Shown here piece after piece: positions 39,200 through 50,424 of a DNA stretch of 64,000 nucleotides. The stretch comes from Podarcis cretensis (taxonomy: Eukaryota), in NCBI GenBank assembly GCA_951804945.1, contig OX638153.1, positions 22,816,001-22,880,000 on the forward strand, read 5' to 3'. Numbering within the stretch: position 1 is the stretch's first letter; every line of letters starts with the position of its first letter. The translations under genes were made by a program, and so were the position numbers. The notes under the pieces were generated by a model that was not told the DNA's origin, searched no databases, and worked only from the letters and a program-made list of their open reading frames with translations.

Positions 39200-42100
39200 T
39201 ATATTGATTCGTTAATTAGCCCACAAAAAGCTACTGGGCTACATTTCGTTTACTCTCCTACTTAAAGGCTGGTAGGCTGTGTTTTTATGCTGGGGGCGGG
39301 AGGGCAAACCCACTTTCCACAGCCAGCATGGAAATATAGGATATTAAGCTCTTAGCTAGCCAATGATAATAATTTTAAAAAGTCTTCTAGCTAACTGGCT
39401 GGTAGAGGAGAGACAGAACTTAAGGAAAGGCTTCTGTTCCTCCATAGCCAGTGTGGAAATCAAGTGGACTGGTTGAGGAGAATTGGACAAATCCCTTCCT
39501 CCCTTCCCCCTGCCTGCCAATTTACTTGCCTCTTTGCAATTCCTGGTCACCTGTGCCTACCAGGTAGGGATAGAGGAGAAATTTGATTCAGTTCACATAT
39601 AAAAGCAAACCCAGCTAAACTGCACTTTCTAAAGCAGCATGAAAATGAAAACAGCCGTCCTTCGAAAGTCACATTTCTCTGAATTTTGCAATGCAGTCCT
39701 CCAGCCAAGTAATGTGTGTAAAAAATGCATGGTCCAGGCTAAAGTGTGGATTAAAATGCATTCATTAGTAAAAGTAACATACACATATGCATTGTATTAT
39801 GGGCAATTGCTTTGCAAAGATTTGTATATTAGGCAGAATTGCATACAATTGCATACAAACATATCCCTTGCTGCCCAGGTGCGTCCAATGGCTGCCTGAG
39901 GGTACTTAACTGCTGCCCCAACCTGTAGTTTTTTTGACTTAATCACATGAGGCAGCTGCACCTGAAGGCAAAACATTCATGGCTATCATAGCAGTATTGC
40001 TGGCTACAATGCTAAATCCTTGCTGCTGCTGGAAGGTAAGTGCCTTGAGCCTTGTCTGCTGCAGGAGAATAACAATAATAATTTTATTATTTATAGCCTG
40101 CCCATCTGGCTGGGTTGCCCCAGCCACTCTTTCCCCCTCCCTAGAACCTTGCCCTCCACCAGGGCCAACCCCACAATTTGAGGAAATTTTTATTTATTAA
40201 ATTTCAATACCACCCTTCACCTGAGGATTACAGGGCAGTTTACAATATAAAAACACAAAAATACATAGCATGGTAACAAAACAAACAAACAAACAAAAAA
40301 AACCCCAATAGCCTTCCACCTTTATTGAATTGAAACATTGAAATTCATTGAAGCATTGAATTCTCTCTTTAAAAACATTTTTTTTAAAGTTTTCTTTTAT
40401 ATATTTTTAATTGAAGCAGGTCAAACAAATCAATATAATAAAAATAACAGAAAGGCACAAAAAAACCAAGTGAGTGACTTCTCAATTGGGTTTCAACTAG
40501 GGCACTCTGAGCAAAACATTTCCGATTTTCTGAACATTTACAGGGTTCCTCCTGTGTGTGAGCTCTCTAGTCCTGAGGTATGTTCAAAACTTTCTCCAAG
40601 CATTCACGGTTTTTTTGTCCCATGTGGAGCTTATCTTTCATTCACCTTGTTCTTTGCTCTTCCTTGTGCCTACGTCCTCTTTGATTTCAACATGGAAGTA
40701 GGCAGATCCAAGAGTGACAGAATTCAGAGGGAAGAAGGGGTGTTGCTATTTATGACTAGGGAAGCTCTGCACAAATCTGCTTTGACACACGAAAAGAGGT
40801 ATCTGCGCGTGTGATAGCTGAAGTCGTATTTTCTGCATTTATGCTTGCTTTGAAATGTGAGGAAACACAGACCTAGCCGGTTTGCAGTACCTCCCACATT
40901 TCACACCCTTGGCACTACAATTTCAGGTTATTGTTGGTAATCATTCTGCGAAGGTGATTAAGCCATTCTGTGTTATTAATATGCCTATAACATTCAGTGT
41001 TGCTGCTTACTAATAGCTGTTCATACAGAAAGCTCGCATATTCCACGAGAGTTAATTGGGCTGCAACCCACATACATTGCAAATAATGCAGCTTGAAGCA
41101 AGCTCTTAGGGATATTCAGTCAATCTCACGGAGACTGCCGTTATCTAACAGCTAGCAAACAGAAAGAGAGAATCCTTGTTAATTTGGTGAATGGCATCAT
41201 AAAGATCATGTTCTGCAGTTTTGTATATCGTGTCGGTTGGCTACGTGGCAGAATGTCAGGACAAGCCTCAGACTTTCGGAAGAAATTAGGCTTTTCTACA
41301 TAAATGCCAGTGCAAATAGGTCTCATTCACATCGGTCACCTGGGGTCGTGGTGGATGAGTAGCTTGAGCAAATAGATTTATGACCACTTAAAAGCCTTTG
41401 AAACCAATGTTACTATGGCAAGTGCTCGTGTGGATACATGCTTTTTGTTAGTCAACAATGCACCTAACAGCCCACCATCTTTAAACTGGCCCAGCACATC
41501 ACTGCTTTTGCCCAATGAGAAGCGCTTTCCCACAACTGAAGAAATATTACTGCTCTTGGGCTCTGCTTCTTTTTGTTTCTACCTCAAGCTCTTGAGAGCT
41601 TGTCTTTTCCACATCAACTGCTTAGGGCTAATTGTGAAGATACTGGGTGTGCTGTTGGGGGGGGGGGGTTGTCTGCTGTAGTGCTGTAGTGCCATTATGG
41701 CTGGACGGCAAGACCAAAGTACAACATTGGTGATTGTGTGGCACAATAATAGAGGCACAATGCACCACAGCTACATCCACCATCTTCAACTGAATCATGG
41801 CACCAGAGCAGGAGTGGCAATAGGTTCAGCCAATCAGATGCCACCTTTGGGGTATGGGGCCAATGAGGGTGCCAGAGAGTGGGGGTGGGGCTCAACCCCA
41901 GCCTTAAGCATGCAGCCACTGCAGCACAACTTTACTTGGTGCTGCACATAGCGAGAGGAGCTGTTTGCAAAGGGTGTACTGTAGGAGGGGTGTGGGGTTT
42001 TTTGAGGGGGTTGTCTTGGAGGTATAAAGAATGGCAATAGGGAGCGAGTTGGACTGATTTACTTTGGGACATGGGGAAGATGGGAATGGATGTATAGCAG

Positions 42101-42317
42101 CCATGTAGAAGGGAAGATGATTGTGCAGGCAGGGGTGGGCTTTGCTGTTTCAAATGTCAGTGATGCCCTGAGCAAGGTGAAAATTCAGCACACACCTCCG
42201 CACCTCGCCTTCTGTTCTGCTCAAATCACTATGTCATAGTTGCTGTGCCCTGGGGCACCCCCTAGCCTTGACTGGACGCACTGCCCTAAATCTGCCTCTG
42301 TTGTGGGGAGTTGTGGG

Positions 42318-42740
42318 TGTCAGGAGCTCATCCTACACTCGAGTAGGACCCTGGCAGAGACACATGCCCGATTGGCATGTTCCCTCCCCCCTGGTCGATC
42401 GTATGGGAGCTTCAAAAGCTTTCTTCAGCCCGAACATCACTGCAACACCTAGGGATCCGCAGAGTCTTCACATCTTGTGTAACAGACCTCAGGAACTCAG
42501 CATTTTGGCTAATCTACTTTATTTACATATAAACACACACGGAGCACTGCAACATGGCTCCCTCTCTCTCTAGCATCAGACAGCAAAGAGCAAAAGAACA
42601 AAGGACAATAGTCCCACTTCACGGAATACAGTAACACAAACATCCTGTCTCCGTCACTTCCCACTGTGGAGTCAAAACATATACCGTCATGTGATAGACA
42701 ACAATCCCATGACTGCAGTCATGGAGCAGGAATTCTAACA
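42318..42740 (-). mobile_element. Solo LTR (partial second copy at 63888-64000)
   Basis: TGTCAG...CTAACA termini; AATAAA on minus; 42590-42696 nearly identical to 63893-64000; TSD not evident. Confidence 0.7.
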
Positions 42741-44078
42741 TCAGGCTCAGTCCTCCAGTTTGTTGGACTCCTTCATTCTTTCTTTGTAGAAACATTTATA
42801 TTGAGGGCCCTCCCAGGACATTTTGCTGCATGACGTGGAACAGCAAATGTCCCCCACCCCAAATTAAGGTGCATAGTGCCCAAAGTTGACCAAACTATTG
42901 CAACACCTGAGGTTGAAAGTTCCATCCCCTGGGAGTGAAATTTACAATAAGAGTCATTTCAGTGCTCTTTCAAAACATCCAAGATAAGCTGCCTTGGGTA
43001 ACTGCCAGACAGAAGGGCCAGCTCTGTTTGTAGAGAATAAGATGGCAAGCTATTCTCCTCAAATACACGGGGCCTCCTACTCTCTCACCAGACCTCCCAG
43101 TTTAGCAGCCAAACCACCATGAGGAGTGAAGCAGAAAGTATCTCCTCTCCAGGAGCCAACATACTCACATGTCCATGTTAAGCTGGGGTTTGGTTGAGCT
43201 TGATGTGTGTGAGCCAAGCCAGTGTCCCCTATGGACATAAGTAGGACAAAATAATATGGTGTCACATTCAGAGGGACAGATCTTCATTTGCTCTGTAAAA
43301 GGGAAGGACGTGGATGTTTAGATAATGCAGTAGCTACATAAATCAAACATTGCATGTACTAAAATGATATAGAAAGCAGACAGAATTATTGATTATATAT
43401 GTCCCCCTACTGCTAATTCTGTGAGCAAATTGCATGGCAGATTCTCTCCTCCATATCATACCCTCATTCCAAACCAATTCATTTTTACGTTGACTCTCTG
43501 TGTTTCATTCATTCCTCTTATTTTACCTGGGTATTGATTTGTTTTGATTGCTCTATTTGATTTTAATCTTCTCCTGCCTCAGTCTGTTTAGGTGTATTCC
43601 CTTACTCCCTGTTCTTCCTAACTCGTTCCCCTCCTTGGCAGCTGGTGTTTCTGAAGCAGCCAGAATTGGACAGATATGCGAAAGATCTGTGAGCGGGATC
43701 AGCAGTAATCTCCTTGGACTTGGCAGTGTGCCACTCATCCCAAGTCACAAGCAGTTTGGGGAACTCCAACAGTGGAACAAAAAAATGGTTGCTTTCTATC
43801 CTAAGTGAGCTTCCCAGAAGCCTGTAACCTATCACTTAAGGAAGCAAGATAGTAAAGTAGAGGAGTCCTTGATCTGATCCCACTTGGCTCTCTGTATGCT
43901 CTTAGGTCATATGTGTAAATTTTCATATTGGCCTTCCACAGCCTGGTTCCTTCCACATATTTTGGACTACAGCTTCCATCAGCACCAGCCAGCGTTGCAG
44001 GACCAACTCCTAGCAGCTCAGGTGCCTTCACCACCCCCCAAAAATATTTGAGGCGGCCACCTCCCAAAGCTAATGGGC

Positions 44079-44268
44079 TTTGTTGTTTAGTCGTTTCACT
44101 TCCATACATCACTACTGGGAAAACCATAGCTTTTACTATATGGACCTTTGTTGGCAAGGTGATGTCTCTACTTTTTAAGATGCTGTCTAGGTTTGTCATT
44201 GCTTTTCTCCCAAGAAGCAGGCGTCTTTTAATTTCGTGGCTGCTGTCACCATCTGCAGTGATCATGGA
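44079..44268 (-). mobile_element. BovB insertion, 5'-truncated and internally deleted
   Basis: Tail tttgttgtttagtcgttt joined directly to RT-coding sequence; 13-bp TSD aaagctaatgggc (44066-44078, 44269-44281). Confidence 0.9.
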
Positions 44269-44296
44269 AAAGCTAATGGGCATTGCCCTTCAAATG

Positions 44297-44329
<33 letters not shown>

Positions 44330-45858
44330 GTCATGTGGTCAATTGTGTGGGGTGGAGCTTATATTTCCCCCTCCAATATTTTATTCGACTTGGCACTCCT
44401 GGCCGACATGGTGAACAGTCAGGGATGGAGTTCTAGCCCAAACATTTAGAGGGCACTAGATTGGGGAAGACTAAAATTGGGGCCCTTTGACCAACTGTGC
44501 AAAAATCAAAATAGTTCAGAACTCTGGCTCTTGAACTTATTTTGCAATCCACATCTGTGAAAGAATCTCATTCTTATTAATATTAAACATGTCAGTAATA
44601 ACATGTTAATCATCTAGTTTGGAATTCTCTACCCATAACGCTGTTTCAGAGCGCTGCACTTCCAACATCCTTTTAGTATGGTTCCAGCAGTGAACACCAT
44701 CCATCAAGTCTACTATCCCTTTGTCATATTTATTGCCTGCTCAATTTCTTCTCTTCAATCTCTTCATTTCTTCCTTCAGTACTTTGTGTGTGTGTTTAGC
44801 GTACTAACGTAATAATGCCCCTTGTGTTGATAGCTTAGTTGTGAAGATAGTCTTTCTCCCTGTGGGTTTTGGTTCAAGGAATTGCCACTTTGCTGTTCAG
44901 CTATTGTTTATAAGGGCATCTTTTTATCACAGACCTTTGCTGTTGAAGTCTTTGTCCCATTGGAATAAATGGCAAAACCCCAATGATTCTAATGAACAAG
45001 GATTGCATGTCTATCTACTTCACTGTAGAGGGCTCTTCTGCAGTTCATTATGGTAAACTTATTTGTTTACTTTTTAAAAATAATGATAATAATTTTCTTT
45101 TAGTTTCCATATTGCTTTTTTTTTTGGGGGGGGGTGGGAATCTTACCCAGAATTGTAATCTTATATTTCTTGCATTATGCATGAATGAATACATTAACAC
45201 CTTGCATTTACTTTGCTGGCCGCCTTCTTTTATTTCTTTATTGTTAAGCTATGGACTTGCTATACTGTATAATAAGACATACAATTCTGCATTTCTCCCC
45301 CATCTCATCTTCTTTCCGTCTTCATGCTCATTCTTCAGCAGCATCAAAAGTTGTGGTTTTGTATGGTCATTTTGGCGAATGCTGCAAATAAGCATGAATT
45401 CCACTTCTGGGAGTGAAATTGCTAATTTGCAGTTTCATATTAAGTATTCCAAATAAAGCAAAAGGCTTCCATACAGTTACTCCCCCCCCCCCCCCCAAAC
45501 AATGAGAGAGAGAAATGTTGCACAAGATGTTGCATATTAAGCCCAGGGCATGTAAGGATGAGAACACATTCAGTACTGGGGCAATAATGTCACCTATCAT
45601 GGAAAACCTCAGTTTGACCTGGGCTCTCAGACATCTCCGAATATGAGTCAAGCTCAACCCCACTGCCTGTCAGAACTTCCTCACACTCCCCTTTAGAGGC
45701 AAAAAAATGACAATGACAACTTTCTCTTGGGAATAGTATGGGGATAAATAAATGAATCAGTATTTATAGGCCCTGTCCTTAATTTGAAAATGATCCTCCT
45801 GCTAGGGGGCATGGGATTGTAGTTTCTGCTTCACTCTCCTTTCTCACATGTAAGGCTT

Positions 45859-46590
45859 TGCGTGGCGAGTTCCCGCCTCCCCCAGTGGAAATAATGACAC
45901 ATGACACAATTATTAAGGTTAATGGGCTAAATAAGGCCACAACTTTATTGGTTACAGGTTACAGCGGTATTGGCTTAGGCATTGGTCCTAACCGACTATA
46001 TCCGACTTCAGTCTGTCTGCTTGACGTCTGGGAAGGTTTAACCACCAGTAGGGGGAGTCCTGCTGATGCACATCAACTAGGAACTTCTCCAGGGTCACCA
46101 ATTGGGGGCGTGCCTTAGGCCCTCACCTCCCTAGGCTTTGGACAGGGCCACACCACCCAGAATCCTTTATCGGACTACCCATCAATATGTGGGGCAGGCG
46201 ATGGCGCTACCTCCCCTCTTTCATCTATAGAACAATACCAATGCCTAACCGCCACTTGAGCAAAAAGCTCGCCGCCGATACCCGCAAACCTGCAACCAAT
46301 CCCTAATCCCAGAAATTATACCAGCCAACCACACATCATTTCCCGCATCAGAAAGATGCACATCATCCTCTCGGTAGCTGGCAGGCAGCAAAGAGGGAGA
46401 TCCCCGGCGTGTCCTGCCTTAAAAAGGGCAGGCCATGCCCCCAGAGCCAGCCGAATGGCTGGCCAGCAGGTCACGTAGCCGGAAATCCCTCCAATCGTGG
46501 GCTCTAGCCACCTCGTACATGGTGGGACCTTGAAGCCCGCAATCCCACCTCCTCTGTAGGGTGGAAGTGGCTTTTTTGTTTAAGAATGAG
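45859..46590 (-). mobile_element. LTR-like element (right boundary approximate)
   Basis: TG start, AATAAA on minus, CpG-rich body, homology to 37915-38365. Confidence 0.55.
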
Positions 46591-47843
46591 GGCGGGTTCT
46601 GCAGGGAAGATGGAGCACTTGATCCATCTGTGTGGTTTTTTATTCTTCGCCAGGTTTTTCTGGAAAATCTACAAAATACCACTTGTATTGAGGAAGGGTT
46701 TAGGAATCATTGGGAAAGCTTGGGGTAGAATTAATGGATTTCAGTTTGAATCAAGGATAGTTTATTAATTGTAAAAATGTAAGAAGTTTCCTGTTGGATC
46801 TGACCAAACACTCATCTATCCCGGCACTCTGTTTTCGTAGAGGCCAACCACATGCCCATGGGAAGCCCACAACCAGAACCTGAGTGCAACAATACTCCCA
46901 CCAGTAATCAAGACATAGTACCTCCAACAGAAGTAAAATTTTAAAGCCATCCAGGTTTGTGGCCAACACTATACATTGTGGAAGAGAATTCCATAGTTGT
47001 ATTTCATATTTTATGTACTATGTGGAATCTTGTGGAATATTTCCATGATCTGTAATAATGACTTACCAGTATTTTTAAGGCAAAATAAAAACTTTGTCTA
47101 GCTCCTTATCCAAAGCAGATAGCTTTAATTTACTTCTTAATTCCTGAGCAGCACTGTAGTTTTGAAAGTAGCTTCTTTAGCTTTAGGCTATATGGTGTCT
47201 TTCATCATATGGTACTTTCATTTTCCTCTCTGTGGGTGCAATCCAGATCTATTAAAATCAATGGGTGTTTTGCCATTGTCTCCAGTGGAATGTAGATTGG
47301 ACTCTAAATCTGATGTCATGCACTTCAGGAAATGCATCTTTAAAAAAAAAAAAATACAGACAGACAACGATTTCACTTTGAATCCAAAATTCTTAGCAGG
47401 AAAGACAAATGAGTGAATATCCATTTCCCCATTTCCATCTGCTACCAGCCATTTCCAAGCCTGCACTATAAGAATTTGTTCAGCTATTCAAAGGGGAGTT
47501 TTAAAACTAAATGGAAATGGGTTTTTTGTTCGTATAATGAACCTTGAGCTGTTCAAGACTTTTCTAGTTTAGTGATTTCCCCCTGCATATGCTATCACAA
47601 ATCCAGGAAAAACACATTCGCTGTCTATCAAATTTTATATTCAGATACAGCTGTGAATGGGACATGCAAATATTCTGAAAGCTGGGAAAAGTTGGAGCTT
47701 TAGAGTTTTTAGATAAATAGGCTTTGGATTTTTCCGTTCTTGGCTGTATGTAGGCTCAGGCACCATCTTACTAAGTTTTGAAGAGTTTATTTATGTGTGG
47801 GTGGGCTGATTTCAGTTTGGCATAGTCTGCTGCTTTTCTTAGC

Positions 47844-48093
47844 CAGTCGTATCTTGGATCCCGAATGCCTTACAAGTCTAATGTTTTGTTTCCCGAACAC
47901 CACAAACCCGGAAGTGTGTGTTCTGGTTTGCGAATGTTCTTTGGAACCAAAACGTCCAATGCGGGTTCCACAGCTTCCGATTGGCTGCAGGAGCTTCCTG
48001 CAGCCAATCTGAAGCTGCGCCTTGGTTTCCAAACGTTTTGGAAGTCGAATGGACTTCTGGAACGGATTCCGTTCAACTTATGAGGTACGACTG
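47844..48093. mobile_element. Tc1/mariner MITE (second subfamily, like 11096-11703)
   Basis: TIRs cagtcgtatct / aggtacgactg-TA; internal aacccggaagt. Confidence 0.8.
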
Positions 48094-48660
48094 TACTGGG
48101 ATCCCAAGGTCCACTGCTGAGTTTTTCATTTACAAAACAAGAGAACAACAAAATCTGATTTAAGCAATCGTGTATGCATGGCTTAAGAACACAAGAAGAA
48201 CCTTACTTGATCAGATGAACATCATCATTGTCCAGTATTCTTTGCTGTTACTAGATGCTCCTGTACAAATAGGCCACAAGGAGGCTATCCAGTCTACCTT
48301 CTATCCACTAAAATTACCCTGGAATCCAGGATACGCCAGTGTCTTTTAGATTGAGTACTGGGGTTCCTTGAAATCATATGAGGGGTTTCTTAGCGAGAAT
48401 AGCAGTAATGTTGGCCAAGCTTCCCTGAAATACATTGCCTACCACAACTAGGGATGCTGGATAATTCCACTGAAGCAGAAATGGGAGTGGAAGTGGCTGC
48501 TGTTTACTTTTTCGTCCCACACCTGGAAAGGAAATCACTACAGCAAATGCAATCACTATCCACTTTTGTTGTTGCTTTAGGTCAACAAATGCTACATGAG
48601 TGATTATGCTTCCCCACCATTTTCATTGTGTTTCCTTTGTATTGAAATGAATGGGGTGGA

Positions 48661-48670
48661 TTGCTTCTCA

Positions 48671-48710
<40 letters not shown>

Positions 48711-48713
48711 AAA
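48661..48713 (+). mobile_element. Ultra-truncated retroposon insertion, essentially a (GAAA)n tail
   Basis: Perfect 17-bp TSD gaaatgaatggggtgga (48644-48660, 48714-48730). Confidence 0.7.
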
Positions 48714-49955
48714 GAAATGAATGGGGTGGAATAACATAACGATATAATTTGTGTGATTGATTTTATGAGTGACGTAACTTACATAACATTGCTACGGTAG
48801 AAAGAGAGATGGATAGCATAGTTTTGGTTGGCAGAACAGAAGCGAGGTTGCAGGTAATGAATATAGGATGCAACAGAAAACGATGCCTTCTTACATTCCT
48901 AACCACAATCACCCCCAGCAACATGCAGCCATAATGGAGTATTGGATACCTTCTAGGTCTTCTTTTCCCCTTTTTTGAAGTTGGGAATAACATTCGCCTG
49001 CCTCTAGTCTTTAGGGACCTCACCCATGAATTCTCAAAGTTTATAGACAGGGCTCTGAGATTCCTTTAGCACCCTTGGTTGTAGCTCAGCAGGCCCTGGA
49101 GATTTGAATTTGAATTTGAATTTGCTAGATTTTCCCTCAGTGCCTCGTTTAAGGGGACGGAATTTCTCATAAGAACAGCCTGCTGGCTCAGACCAATGGC
49201 CCATCTAGTCCAGCATCCTGTTCTCACAGTGGCCAACCAGATGCCTGTGAGAAACCCACAAGCAGGATTCAAGCACAAGAGCACTTTCCCCTTCTGTGAT
49301 TTCTAGCAATTGGTATTTAGAAGCATTGTTGCCTCCATCATCTCTGCCTCTGCATCTTTCCCTATTCATCTCTTTGGAAATGTCATTGTTTTTTGCTAAT
49401 AAATTTTATCTATGAAGTCTAATATAATACATTACTGTAGTGGAAATGACAAGATCACCTTAGACTTTACCTGCACCCCCATTTTATAATTTTACATTTG
49501 ATGGGCTGTTTATGAAAGGAACTGTTCCCTAGTATTCCTGATGCCTGTTTTGATTAAGATGTTTTATGACACTCTTAGGCAAGGGGTGCCTGCCCCATTT
49601 TTATGTTGATTGGGTGACAATGAACAGGCAACTGAATACATTGAAATGAAGTTCATACAGAGTTCCTTTTCTTCTGTTTCCATGACAACATTATCAAATG
49701 AGGAAAAAATATTAATGATCTCCCTTTGGGGATACATTTTCCTCCGCAGCCTTGCTTCACAATTTTTCCTGATTTCCTTTGAAAGTATTAAAGCCTTTAA
49801 AAATATATAGTCTAGATATTGTCATTCATCAAGGGTATTGTTCTTCTGCATATTTTCAGTGGCACCCAGCATGTGGGTGCTAATGTAAAATAATCACAGT
49901 GAGGAAACAATTTTGTCCAGTGTATAGACCAGCCTTGATCCACAACACTCTAGAG

Positions 49956-50139
49956 CTATGGCTCCCAATTGGTGGGCCATAGACCCCAGGGAGTCTATGT
50001 AACCCATCCAGGGGGTCCATGGCACTATTCACATAACAAAATCTACCATAGAGATATCAAAAATTTGAAAAGCGGAGGGTCCATGACTTGGCTTTTGAAA
50101 AACGGGGTTTGCAGTACCTAGCTAATTGTGAAACCACTG
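49956..50139. mobile_element. Degenerate hAT MITE
   Basis: Right end gaaaccactg; flanks ctctagag / gtctagag. Confidence 0.55.
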
Positions 50140-50196
50140 CAGTCTAGAGCAATATTATTGACTACTGAAAGTCATTGGGGTGCATATTTTCATGTA

Positions 50197-50424
50197 CAGT
50201 GGTACCTTGGGTTACAGGCACTTCAGGTTACAGATGCTTCAGGTTACAGACTCCGCTAACCCAGAAATAGTACCTCAGGTTAAGAACTTTGCTTCAGGAT
50301 GAGAACAGAAATCGTGCAGTGGCAGGAGGCCCCATTAGCTAAAGTAGTACTTCAGGTTAAGAACAGTTTCAGGTTAAGAACTGACCTCCAGAACGAATTA
50401 AGTTCTTAACCCAAGGTACCACTG
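50197..50424. mobile_element. Tc1/mariner MITE
   Basis: cagtggtaccttgggtta TIR, TA TSD. Confidence 0.92.

Noticed and set aside
41152-41303. Phase-1 open segment ASKQKERILVNLVNGIIKIMFCSFVYRV..., faintly like the NRG3 TM exon (MFC)
   Set aside because: Weak acceptor, polar or charged residues in the would-be TM helix, no donor at the expected length, and poor match to the recalled YQRQVLSISCIIFGIVIVGMFC.
43801-44449. 160- and 173-aa ORFs
   Set aside because: Read-through of a BovB fragment, repeat remnant and (TG)n; not genes.
37915-46590. Possible full-length provirus bounded by the two related LTR-like sequences (~8.7 kb apart)
   Set aside because: The two copies are too divergent, and the interior is ordinary intron with unrelated repeats and no gag/pol.
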